This document shows positions 9,043-17,259 of a stretch of DNA of 64,000 nucleotides, piece by piece. The position numbers and the translations under genes are program-made. Location: NCBI GenBank assembly GCA_965205015.1, contig OZ242029.1:1632001-1696000 (forward strand). Direction: 5' to 3'. This DNA is from Candidatus Poribacteria bacterium (lineage in GTDB: Bacteria; Poribacteria; WGA-4E; WGA-3G). The first letter of the stretch is position 1; the number at the start of each line of letters is the position of its first letter. The notes below the pieces were generated by a model. That model was not told the origin of the DNA and searched no databases. It saw only the letters and a list, made by a program, of their open reading frames with translations.

Positions 9043-10209
9043 ATGCAAAATTATCCAACGGGTATCAAGATTACCAAAGTTGAACAGGTTACCGTCGAAA
9101 TTGATCAACCTGCTATTGGTTGTAACTCCCGCGCAACGGAGATTCACCAACCGGATCCGAATGCGAAATGGAACGAACGTATCATCCGCATCTATACCAA
9201 CGATGGTACCCTTGGTTGGGGGACTGGCAGTTGGGGAGCGACAACGGCTGAAAATGCGGAAGGCGTGCTCAATCAAAACCCGTTTGACCTCTTAAACCCT
9301 GAGGACGGGGTTGTTGAAGAATTTCGCGGTCTTGAAAACGCCCTATGGGACACAATCGGCAAAATCCTTGAGAAACCTGCCTATCAGCTCATCGGTGATG
9401 ATGTTTTTTCAAACGGATTGCCCGCTTACGACAGCACTATCTATTTCAACGATCTCCTGTATGAGACAAAAGCCGAAGGACTTCAACGCATCGAGAATGA
9501 TGTCAAAAGTAGTCTCGCCAATGGGTTTACCGCATGCAAAATGAAAATCGGGCGCGGTAGCTATCTCATGGAACGCATGGCGGGACTGCAACGGGACATA
9601 GAACTCGTCCAACTTGCCCGTAGCACCGCAGGCGAAGGCTTCAATATCCTCGTTGATGCAAACAATGCCTACACCTACGATGAAGTCATCACCTTTTTGA
9701 ACGAAACGAGTGATTGTGATGTCTTTTGGATAGAAGAGATGTTTGAGGAAGAAGTTGAATTGTACCGCAACCTCAAAGCGTTCATCCAAGAAAAGGGATT
9801 GAAAACCTTCATTGCCGATGGCGAAACCCGTACGCGCGACCCGCTTGAATTCTATGATCCTTTCTTTGAGGCGGGTGTTATCGATGTCATTCAGCACGAT
9901 ATGAAGGGGCTTGGCGTTACTGGCTGGCGGCGACTTGCCGATATGGCTGCGGCGCACGGTGTCCGGTGCGCCCCTCATAACTGGGGGTCTCTTCTCGGTT
10001 TCTACCTCAGTCTCCAATTCGGCAAAACGATTCCCCATTTCCTCTACGGCGAAGTCGCAACCCTCACGAGCGATGTAATCGATACTTCTAACTACGTTTT
10101 CACCGGTGGAACGTTCACGGTACCGGATACCCCCGGACTTGGACTGGCGCTCAATGAAGATGTGTACGACGATCGCTACGCCGGAAAAGAGGACTGGCAG
10201 ATCAGCTAA
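9043..10209 (+). CDS. Mandelate racemase/muconate-lactonizing enzyme (enolase superfamily) protein
   Basis: KMKIG, VDAN, WIEE, ADGE, APHNW, PDTPGLG. Confidence 0.88.
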   Translation: MQNYPTGIKITKVEQVTVEIDQPAIGCNSRATEIHQPDPNAKWNERIIRIYTNDGTLGWGTGSWGATTAENAEGVLNQNPFDLLNPEDGVVEEFRGLENALWDTIGKILEKPAYQLIGDDVFSNGLPAYDSTIYFNDLLYETKAEGLQRIENDVKSSLANGFTACKMKIGRGSYLMERMAGLQRDIELVQLARSTAGEGFNILVDANNAYTYDEVITFLNETSDCDVFWIEEMFEEEVELYRNLKAFIQEKGLKTFIADGETRTRDPLEFYDPFFEAGVIDVIQHDMKGLGVTGWRRLADMAAAHGVRCAPHNWGSLLGFYLSLQFGKTIPHFLYGEVATLTSDVIDTSNYVFTGGTFTVPDTPGLGLALNEDVYDDRYAGKEDWQIS

Positions 10210-10355
10210 TTCTTTACTGAGGATAACGCCCGGTTCCTCCATAAACGGGACGCGTATGAAGGCATCCGGTTTCTAAAAGCGACCCGCCTCTACCTCTCCC
10301 CCAAATGCTTTGCTGTCCCCGACTAATTGAGCTACAACCCATTCCATCACCCCAC

Positions 10356-10385
10356 TCGGTAGGCGAGGTTTCTAACCTCGCCGGT
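10356..10385. repeat. GTAG-type REP-like palindrome (related copy ~1524-1548)
   Basis: cggtaggcgaggtttctaacctcgccgg versus ggcgaggtttcctaacctcacc. Confidence 0.6.
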
Positions 10386-10539
10386 TCTCCGTTTAAGGTA
10401 TCTCCACTGTGATACCACCCAACGCCTAAAGGCGTGGGCTTCGGTTTCATCGCAACTGCGGTTTTCGCTCAAGCGTCCACCGTCTTACTGTCGCTCCACC
10501 CGCGGGTTCTTATTCCGAATCAGATCGGTTTTATCTGGT

Positions 10540-11652
10540 TTAGGTCCAGGGTACCCCAACCCGCAAAATGTTTCGCGCAGCGTTGATATCCCGATCATGG
10601 TACGAACCACAGTCAGAACACGTCCAATATCGGTCTGAAAGCGTTAGGTCTTTGTTGCGATAGCCACAATCCGAACAAGGTTTTGTGGTCGCTGCCCAAC
10701 GCCCCGCTTTCAATAAGGTTTTACCGTATTTGGCACACATCCAGCGAAGTATCAATGAGAACTCACCAAAAGCGAGGTCAGAGACTTTGCGACCCCACAG
10801 CCGTTTCATACCCTCAAGGTTCAGCGTCTCAATCGCAATCTTATCGTATCTACGCACAAGCCGAAGTGCCAACTTGAAGAACCAGTCGCGTCTTCTATTG
10901 GCTATATCCTTATTGACGCGTGCGAGGTGTCGTTTGGCACGAAACCAGCTGTTAGAAAGATACTGCTTACGAGAGAGTGCCTTGTTTGCGGAACGAATTT
11001 CATTGAGGCTTTGCTTGAAAAACTCCGGGGACGCTATCTTGATACCGTCTGAAAGCGTCAGGAATGTTTTCATACCGAAATCTGCCCCTGCCTCATGACC
11101 GGTCAATGGGAGTTTTTCGGAAGGTTCACAATCCTCACACGTCAGATACAAATAGTAGTCACCTACGGGATCACGCTTGATTGTTACAGTTTTTATCGTG
11201 CCTGTCCACTCACGGTGTTTCCAAAACGTAAATGACGTGTTTAGGCACTTGATATGAATGCGATTGTCTTCTATCTCATAACCGGCTTGCGTGAACGTCA
11301 ATGAGTTATACTTGTGTTGTGGCTTTATCTTTGGCTTGCCGACTTTGCGCGGTGATAACCCTTTCTTTTTCGCATCGAGGTAGTCAAAGAACTTGTCATA
11401 TCCAAGATGAATACGCTTGGCGACTTGTTGGATTACCTGACTTGGCAGTTGTTTCCAATGCGGTTGCGTCCGATGTTTCAACTTCGTTATATGCGCGCAG
11501 ATACGCCCAAACGAGGCATACTTGCCATAGATACGATAATAGCGTCTCTGCAATAAAAGCAAGTGGACATGCACGCCATGCAAGTCGTCAAGCAGATTCC
11601 CCATCTGTATGAGATTCGACTGATGATAGAACTCATATTTTTCGGTGTTCAT
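10540..11652 (-). CDS. tnpB: TnpB RNA-guided endonuclease, intact RuvC D-E-D
   Basis: AGADFG, IAIETLNL, CSDC...CSDC, DRDINAA. Confidence 0.93.
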   Translation of the reverse strand: MNTEKYEFYHQSNLIQMGNLLDDLHGVHVHLLLLQRRYYRIYGKYASFGRICAHITKLKHRTQPHWKQLPSQVIQQVAKRIHLGYDKFFDYLDAKKKGLSPRKVGKPKIKPQHKYNSLTFTQAGYEIEDNRIHIKCLNTSFTFWKHREWTGTIKTVTIKRDPVGDYYLYLTCEDCEPSEKLPLTGHEAGADFGMKTFLTLSDGIKIASPEFFKQSLNEIRSANKALSRKQYLSNSWFRAKRHLARVNKDIANRRRDWFFKLALRLVRRYDKIAIETLNLEGMKRLWGRKVSDLAFGEFSLILRWMCAKYGKTLLKAGRWAATTKPCSDCGYRNKDLTLSDRYWTCSDCGSYHDRDINAARNILRVGVPWT

Positions 11653-11658
11653 GGACGC

Positions 11659-11747
11659 TCAAGTATCAAGTCTTTAACCCCTATAGAGTGGGTAGGACCG
11701 ACACGTTACCAAGCGGTAACGCTCTATATGTCGGTCCAACTTGATAC
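11659..11747 (-). ncRNA. Structured pseudoknotted 5' leader RNA, copy 3
   Basis: Minus strand: gtatcaagt/acttgatac; ggaccgaca/tgtcggtcc; hairpin cgttacc-gctt-ggtaacg; pseudoknot tatagag/ctctata; ccc/ggg. Confidence 0.75.
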
Positions 11748-11751
11748 GCTC

Positions 11752-11780
11752 ATTATACAATATTTGGGGCGAAATGTCAA
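11752..11780 (-). promoter_or_regulatory. Consensus sigma70 promoter of tnpB-3
   Basis: TTGACA-N17-TATAAT on the minus strand. Confidence 0.8.
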
Positions 11781-12146
11781 GTCTTTTTTTGATAAAGGTT
11801 TGGACCTTTCCAAGAGAGCGGATTTTCATCCCAAACCTGAAGGATTGGGAAACCTTCAATCCGTCAATGCCCGTAAGATCGATCTCCCGATCGCGACTCT
11901 TCGTCAAAAGTGCTATATCTATCCTCTACCACTTTTCCCTGACAAGTCCCCCTTTTATGTGGTATAATTATTAACGTGAATTTGACTTCAGCAGCGTAGG
12001 TTGGGTTGAGCGGAACATCAAAAACCAAACGCTTATGACGCAGGAAATTTCCATTCCAAAAGGCTTGGATGCTCTGAAATTCCAGCGAAACCCAACACTT
12101 CAACTGCTTGTAGGGGTATATGAACGGAAAAAAGAAGGAGTGTATC

Positions 12147-12743
12147 ATGTATATCAAAAGATTGGCGTGTTTAATTTTGCCCTGTTTTATCTTCGCGTCT
12201 TTTTATGTTCCTAAAGTGCTGGCACAGGATATAGAAGTCACCGATCTCGAATCGAGGAGCGTTGTCGGCGATTACGTTGTCGGCGAGGAGGGACTTGAGA
12301 TAGGGAGCGTCTATCTCATTGACAGGGATTATTTCGTCAAGGATATGTCAAAAGAGTTGGAAGGCGCGACGTTTATCATGACGGCAATGGACGATGAAGG
12401 CTCTCAGGGTGCTGATTTCATCACATTTAGCGTTGATGTTCCTGTCGTCGTTTGGCTGGCTGCTGACAAAAGATGGGGGAGTCCGCCAAAATGGGCTTCA
12501 GACGGTGAAGGATGGGAAGAGCAACCTGATTATTTGGTGCAAACCAATGAGGAGGATACGAATATTTTCGTCCTTCGGAACAAGGAATTTCCCGCAGGTG
12601 ACATATCCCTCGGTGGGAACAACGATGCACCTGCGAACTTGGCGCCCATGTACTGGGTATTCCTAATGCCTGGTACCGGAGCGGCGGCTGTGGAGGCAAC
12701 GGACAAGCTCACGACGACATGGGGGAGATTAAAGAGCAATTAG
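12147..12743 (+). CDS. Exported hypothetical protein with C-terminal AVE..KLTTTWG motif
   Basis: RBS AAGGAG, signal peptide ending VLA-Q, C-terminus AVEATDKLTTTWGRLKSN. Confidence 0.8.
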   Translation: MYIKRLACLILPCFIFASFYVPKVLAQDIEVTDLESRSVVGDYVVGEEGLEIGSVYLIDRDYFVKDMSKELEGATFIMTAMDDEGSQGADFITFSVDVPVVVWLAADKRWGSPPKWASDGEGWEEQPDYLVQTNEEDTNIFVLRNKEFPAGDISLGGNNDAPANLAPMYWVFLMPGTGAAAVEATDKLTTTWGRLKSN

Positions 12744-12775
12744 TCGTGTGCTTTGCACCAGATTTGGGTGGTTCT

Positions 12776-13915
12776 ATGAAGAAGATTCTTGTCGCAATGA
12801 GCGGTGGCGTAGATAGTTCCGTTACCGCTGCCATGATGGTGGACGCAGGGTATGATGTCACCGGCATCACCATGCGCCTCGGCGCGCCCGATACCATCGA
12901 GGTAGAACCGGAACGTCCTAACTGCTGTTCGCTTGAAGGCATTGAGGATGCACGCCGCGTCGCCACGCAACTCGGCATCCCGTTCTACGGCGTGAATTAC
13001 GAAGACGCTTTCCGCGAACGGATTATCGACTATTTCGTGGAGGAATACCTCGTCGGTAGAACCCCCAGTCCCTGTATGGTATGTAACCGGGAGCTGAAAT
13101 TTGGGAGACTCCTCGACCTTGCCAAAACATTGGAGTGCGATGCAATCGCCACAGGGCACTATGCCCGTATTGAACAGCACCCAGAGACAGAACGCCATCT
13201 CTTACGCAAAGCGCGAGATGTCAGCAAAGACCAATCCTATTTCCTTGCCGCGCTCACACAGGAGCAATTACGCTGCGCGATGATGCCACTCGGTGAATAC
13301 ACGAAGGCTGAAGTCCGTGACCTCGCCCGAAAATATCAACTGCGAACGGCTGAGAAGATTGAGAGTCAAGAACTCTGCTTCGTTGCTGATACCAACTATA
13401 GGCGCTTCCTTCAAGACAGAGTCCCTGAGAAGATTCACGGGGGCGATATTATAGATGAAGAAGGCAATGTTCTCGGTAAGCATGACGGTGTACCGTTTTA
13501 TACCGTCGGGCAACGGCGTGGATTGGGTATCGCAGTCGGGAAACCGCTCTATGTAACGCAGCTCAACGCAACAGACAATACCGTTGTGGTCGGCGAATCC
13601 GATGCCCTTCTTGAGGACACCATGCATGTCGAACGGATTAACCTTATCGCCATTGAGAAATTGACAGAACCGATTCGTGCGCACGTCAAAATCCGATCCC
13701 GTGATGACGGCGGTCCCGCGACAATCACACCTATCGGCGACACAGAAGCAGTCGTGAAGTTTGATGAACCGCGCCGTGCGATTACCCCCGGACAGGCTAC
13801 GGTCTTTTACGATGGGGAATACGTCCTCGGGGGCGGTTGGATTGTAGACGCTCGCGACACCACTGGGGAAGGAGTTTGTAACCCCGAACCTACCCGCAAG
13901 GTCGATTTAAAATAA
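12776..13915 (+). CDS. mnmA: tRNA 2-thiouridine(34) synthase
   Basis: AMSGGVDSSV, GRTPSPCMVCN, ATGHYA, KDQSYFL, ESQELCF, YTVGQRRGLG, TPGQA. Confidence 0.97.
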   Translation: MKKILVAMSGGVDSSVTAAMMVDAGYDVTGITMRLGAPDTIEVEPERPNCCSLEGIEDARRVATQLGIPFYGVNYEDAFRERIIDYFVEEYLVGRTPSPCMVCNRELKFGRLLDLAKTLECDAIATGHYARIEQHPETERHLLRKARDVSKDQSYFLAALTQEQLRCAMMPLGEYTKAEVRDLARKYQLRTAEKIESQELCFVADTNYRRFLQDRVPEKIHGGDIIDEEGNVLGKHDGVPFYTVGQRRGLGIAVGKPLYVTQLNATDNTVVVGESDALLEDTMHVERINLIAIEKLTEPIRAHVKIRSRDDGGPATITPIGDTEAVVKFDEPRRAITPGQATVFYDGEYVLGGGWIVDARDTTGEGVCNPEPTRKVDLK

Positions 13916-13961
13916 GCTTGCGACAACGGAGCAAGCGACTCTTGGGAAAGGGGTGTCACAT

Positions 13962-14915
13962 ATGAAACCCACGTCGTTCTCCCGCAAGGTAAATTTAAAA
14001 ATTCTCTGTCTCCTCGGTCCCACAGCAGTTGGCAAAACGGAGATAGCCATTCAACTCGCACAACGGCTCAATGCCGAGATTGTCTCCGTCGATTCCCGCC
14101 AAATCTATCGGCAGATGGACATCGGCACCGCCAAACCTACCCCTGAAGAACAGCAGGCGGCACGGCATCACCTCATAGACTGCGTTGACATTTCCGAACC
14201 CTTCTCCGTTGCCGACTATCAATCCCTCGCAGACATAGCGATTGCCGACATCCAAAACAGGGGGAAGCGGGTGTTGCTCGTTGGCGGGGCAGGACTCTAT
14301 TTCCGAGCGATTGTTGATGGGTTGTTTGAGGGACCCGGAGCCGACCTTTCGCTCCGAAAACGGCTTGAGGCGGAAGCAGCACAACTTGGTGTTAATAACC
14401 TCCACAACCGGCTTCGAGCCTGCGATCCGGAATCTGCCCACCGAATCCATCCGAACAACCTCGTCCGTGTCATCCGTGCTTTAGAGGTCTATAAATTGAC
14501 AGGCACCCCCATGTCTAAACTCCAGCAGCAGTGGCATCCGGAAAAACAGCGGTATCCGTTCATCGCCTTCGGATTCACGATGCCGCGTGCGCTGCTATAC
14601 CGGCGTATTGAACAACGTGTGGATGTGATGCTTGCGAACGGGCTGATAGCGGAGGTTGAATCGTTGTTAGCGATGGGATATGAGCGTGAGACAGTCGCGC
14701 TCCAAAGTTTCGGCTATCGGGAGTTGATCGCGTATCTCGACGGAGACTGCACGTATCTGGAAGCGATCTCTCAGTTGAAACAAAACACCCGTCGATTCGC
14801 CAAGCGACAGTTAACGTGGTTCCGCAAGGACACCCGAATTGAATGGCTGGATCGGGAGTCAACACCTGATGTCATTTCGTATATTTTGAAAAAATTTAGC
14901 GGTGTTTCGCGTTGA
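13962..14915 (+). CDS. miaA: tRNA dimethylallyltransferase
   Basis: GPTAVGKT, DSRQIYRQMDIGTAKP, RVIRALEV, FAKRQLTWF. Confidence 0.97.
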   Translation: MKPTSFSRKVNLKILCLLGPTAVGKTEIAIQLAQRLNAEIVSVDSRQIYRQMDIGTAKPTPEEQQAARHHLIDCVDISEPFSVADYQSLADIAIADIQNRGKRVLLVGGAGLYFRAIVDGLFEGPGADLSLRKRLEAEAAQLGVNNLHNRLRACDPESAHRIHPNNLVRVIRALEVYKLTGTPMSKLQQQWHPEKQRYPFIAFGFTMPRALLYRRIEQRVDVMLANGLIAEVESLLAMGYERETVALQSFGYRELIAYLDGDCTYLEAISQLKQNTRRFAKRQLTWFRKDTRIEWLDRESTPDVISYILKKFSGVSR

Positions 14916-14968
14916 CTTCATTGCTCCAATCTGCTACACTCAATTGCCGAGGCGTTGGAGGAGAAAAA

Positions 14969-16615
14969 ATGAGACGTTTTGGGACACAGGGACCCGTTAA
15001 TCCGCAAGAGCACTACGTTGTTGCGCGGACCGAGGAGATCGCCGATTTCATCGAACGTGTTGAAGGAGGTAAATATATTGTCTTGTTTGCCCCCCGCCAA
15101 ACAGGCAAAACTACCTTCTTTCAGGCTGCGTTGGAAACGCTCACGATCGGTAACGCTGCTACCGCTCAAGCCGAATCCGCTTCAAAGTTCACCTATTTCC
15201 CTATTCAACTGAATTTTGATGTGTATAAGAACACGTCTGTTGCCGATTTTTATGCCAACCTTTACCAAGATATTTGCGAAGAAATTGAGAACTTGTTCCA
15301 ACGACGCGGCGGAACACCGCCTGAGGCTTTAAGTCAATTGTTGGCAGACACAAAACTAACCGACCATCACGCAATGCGGCGGTTTTTTAGACACCTCGCG
15401 CGTTTCCTAACGCCCCAGAAATTCGTCTTAATCATTGACGAGTTTGATGGCATCCCACCCGCTGCTCTGAGCGATTTTCTTCATACCCTCCGTCATATCT
15501 ACATTTCCGGTAAACCTCGGTGCCCACACAGTGTCGGTATCATTGGCGTTAAGAGTATCGCGCAACTCAACTACGACCGATCTATCTCTCCCTTCAATAT
15601 CCAAGATGAGTTCCATCTGCCCAACTTTACCCTCGAACAGGTGCAGGAACTGCTTGGACAATATACAGACGAAGTCGGACAACCCTTCGTCCCAGAAGTT
15701 ATAACCTCTATTCATCAGCAGACTGCCGGGCAACCTGTGCTTGTCAACCGATTCGCGCAGATTCTCACCGAAGAGTTGGACATTCCGAGGACCGAGCCGA
15801 TTACCATGGCTCGCTTTTCAGAGGCACACACGGAGCTCCTTCATGGACAGAATACTAACATTGAGCATCTAACCACTAATATCCGCAAAAACCCACGCTT
15901 TGAAAGCGTTCTGATGCGCATTATGGCACGTGATGAAGGTGTGGACTTCAATATGGACGATGACATTATCAGTGAACTCGCCATGTATGGGGTCATCAGG
16001 AGAGCTACTGATGGTATGTGTGAAATTCTCAACCCGATCTATCTGTATCGTATCATGAGAACCTTTAAACCGACAGTGAATGGGTTGGAGCATGAGTACC
16101 TTTCCAGTGGAAGCAGTGAAGACTTTCTCAAGTATATTACGCCGACCGGACAGATTGATATGGCAGCATTGCTTGACAACTTTCGAGATTTCATTGTCCG
16201 TGTCGGGTTCCAAATTTTACAGGTGCCTGATACGCCACAAGAGTCCGTTGGAAGGCATCTCTTACTTGCATATCTCGACCAGTTTGTTAAACTTATCGGT
16301 GGTTTTATGCATATTGAAGTGCAAACCGGCAGGGGCAGGATGGACCTTATCATCACCCACAATCAGCGAAAGTATATCATAGAAACGAAAATTTGGAGAG
16401 GCGACAATCGTTATCAGGCAGGCAAAAAGCAACTCGCATCCTATCTCAGTTCTGAAGGTCTAACAGAAGGATACTACGTTGTCTTTGACCATCGACAGGA
16501 CCCGGAACCGCGAGTAGAGATGGAAATGGTAGAGGGTTTAACGGTTCGGAGTTACATCATTCCTGTGATGCAAGAACCACCTTCAAGCGTCCCAGATCCC
16601 CGCAGCAGACGTTAA
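14969..16615 (+). CDS. AAA-like ATPase with C-terminal PD-(D/E)XK nuclease-like domain
   Basis: APRQTGKT, IIDEFD, SPFNI; C-terminal GRMDL...IETK...QLASY. Confidence 0.8.
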   Translation: MRRFGTQGPVNPQEHYVVARTEEIADFIERVEGGKYIVLFAPRQTGKTTFFQAALETLTIGNAATAQAESASKFTYFPIQLNFDVYKNTSVADFYANLYQDICEEIENLFQRRGGTPPEALSQLLADTKLTDHHAMRRFFRHLARFLTPQKFVLIIDEFDGIPPAALSDFLHTLRHIYISGKPRCPHSVGIIGVKSIAQLNYDRSISPFNIQDEFHLPNFTLEQVQELLGQYTDEVGQPFVPEVITSIHQQTAGQPVLVNRFAQILTEELDIPRTEPITMARFSEAHTELLHGQNTNIEHLTTNIRKNPRFESVLMRIMARDEGVDFNMDDDIISELAMYGVIRRATDGMCEILNPIYLYRIMRTFKPTVNGLEHEYLSSGSSEDFLKYITPTGQIDMAALLDNFRDFIVRVGFQILQVPDTPQESVGRHLLLAYLDQFVKLIGGFMHIEVQTGRGRMDLIITHNQRKYIIETKIWRGDNRYQAGKKQLASYLSSEGLTEGYYVVFDHRQDPEPRVEMEMVEGLTVRSYIIPVMQEPPSSVPDPRSRR

Positions 16616-16803
16616 TTAGGTAAGGACGATTCGTTATTCGCTGTGTTTTTATAGCACAAATTTTATGAAGATTAACGGTAATTGACGGGCAATAAATGGT
16701 CTCCCTACTACAAACAGATAGGTTCGTAGTCGTGCGATTCATCGCGCGTTTAGAAAATATCAGCTGATATAATTGTTGGCAATTATATCAATGGAGGAAA
16801 AAG

Positions 16804-17016
16804 ATGCAACAGAACTACACTGCTGTCATCCAACAGAGCAACGGTTGGTGGATCGGGTGGGTGCAAGAGATTCCGGGTGTTAATTGTCAAGAACGGACCA
16901 GAGATGAACTGCTGGTTGCTTTAGAGATTACACTTCGCGAAACGACAGTCTACAATCGGGAAGAGGTTCTGCGAGCAGCAGAAAATCAACATGAGGAAGT
17001 AATCATCCAAATTTAG
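16804..17016 (+). CDS. HicB-like antitoxin
   Basis: 70 aa, WWIGWVQEIPGVNCQERTRDEL, directly upstream of a hicA remnant. Confidence 0.75.
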   Translation: MQQNYTAVIQQSNGWWIGWVQEIPGVNCQERTRDELLVALEITLRETTVYNREEVLRAAENQHEEVIIQI

Positions 17017-17055
17017 TTCGTGCGCGGAGAATCGGATCTGTTTTGCTTTACGTTT

Positions 17056-17246
17056 ATGAGACGAAGAGCACTCATTAAACATCTCAGAGAACACGGTTGC
17101 TATTTTCTGCGGGAAGGCGGCCGATACTCGCGGTGGGGAATTCCGTACAGGGTATCAAAACTTCAACTTCCGTGCCGAGACACAACGAGATTGCCGAGTC
17201 GCTTGTCGCGAAAATCTGCAAAGATTTAAAAATCCCAGAACCATAA
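17056..17246 (+). pseudogene. HicA-like toxin, frameshifted
   Basis: MRRRALIKHLREHGCYFLREGGRYS then a frame change at the G4 run (~17135) to NSVQGIKTSTSVPRHNEIAESLVAKICKDLKIPEP*. Confidence 0.8.
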
Positions 17247-17259
17247 CTCACGAAATATC

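Larger units (their letters stand above)
10409..11860 (-). mobile_element. IS200/IS605-family tnpB-only element 3; left boundary approximate
   Basis: Right-end hairpin cccacgcctttaggcgttggg then TCAC (minus strand, 10409-10412); left region homologous to element 2. Confidence 0.85.

Noticed and set aside
9409-10242. 277-aa minus-strand ORF and the many other short overlapping ORFs in the track
   Set aside because: They are antisense or alternative-frame shadows of well-supported genes and carry no recognisable motifs.
5889-11652. TnpB genes as nuclease-dead regulators (TldR-like) or Cas12 with a CRISPR array
   Set aside because: The RuvC D/E/D residues are present, IS end hairpins flank the genes, and there is no repeat-spacer array nearby.
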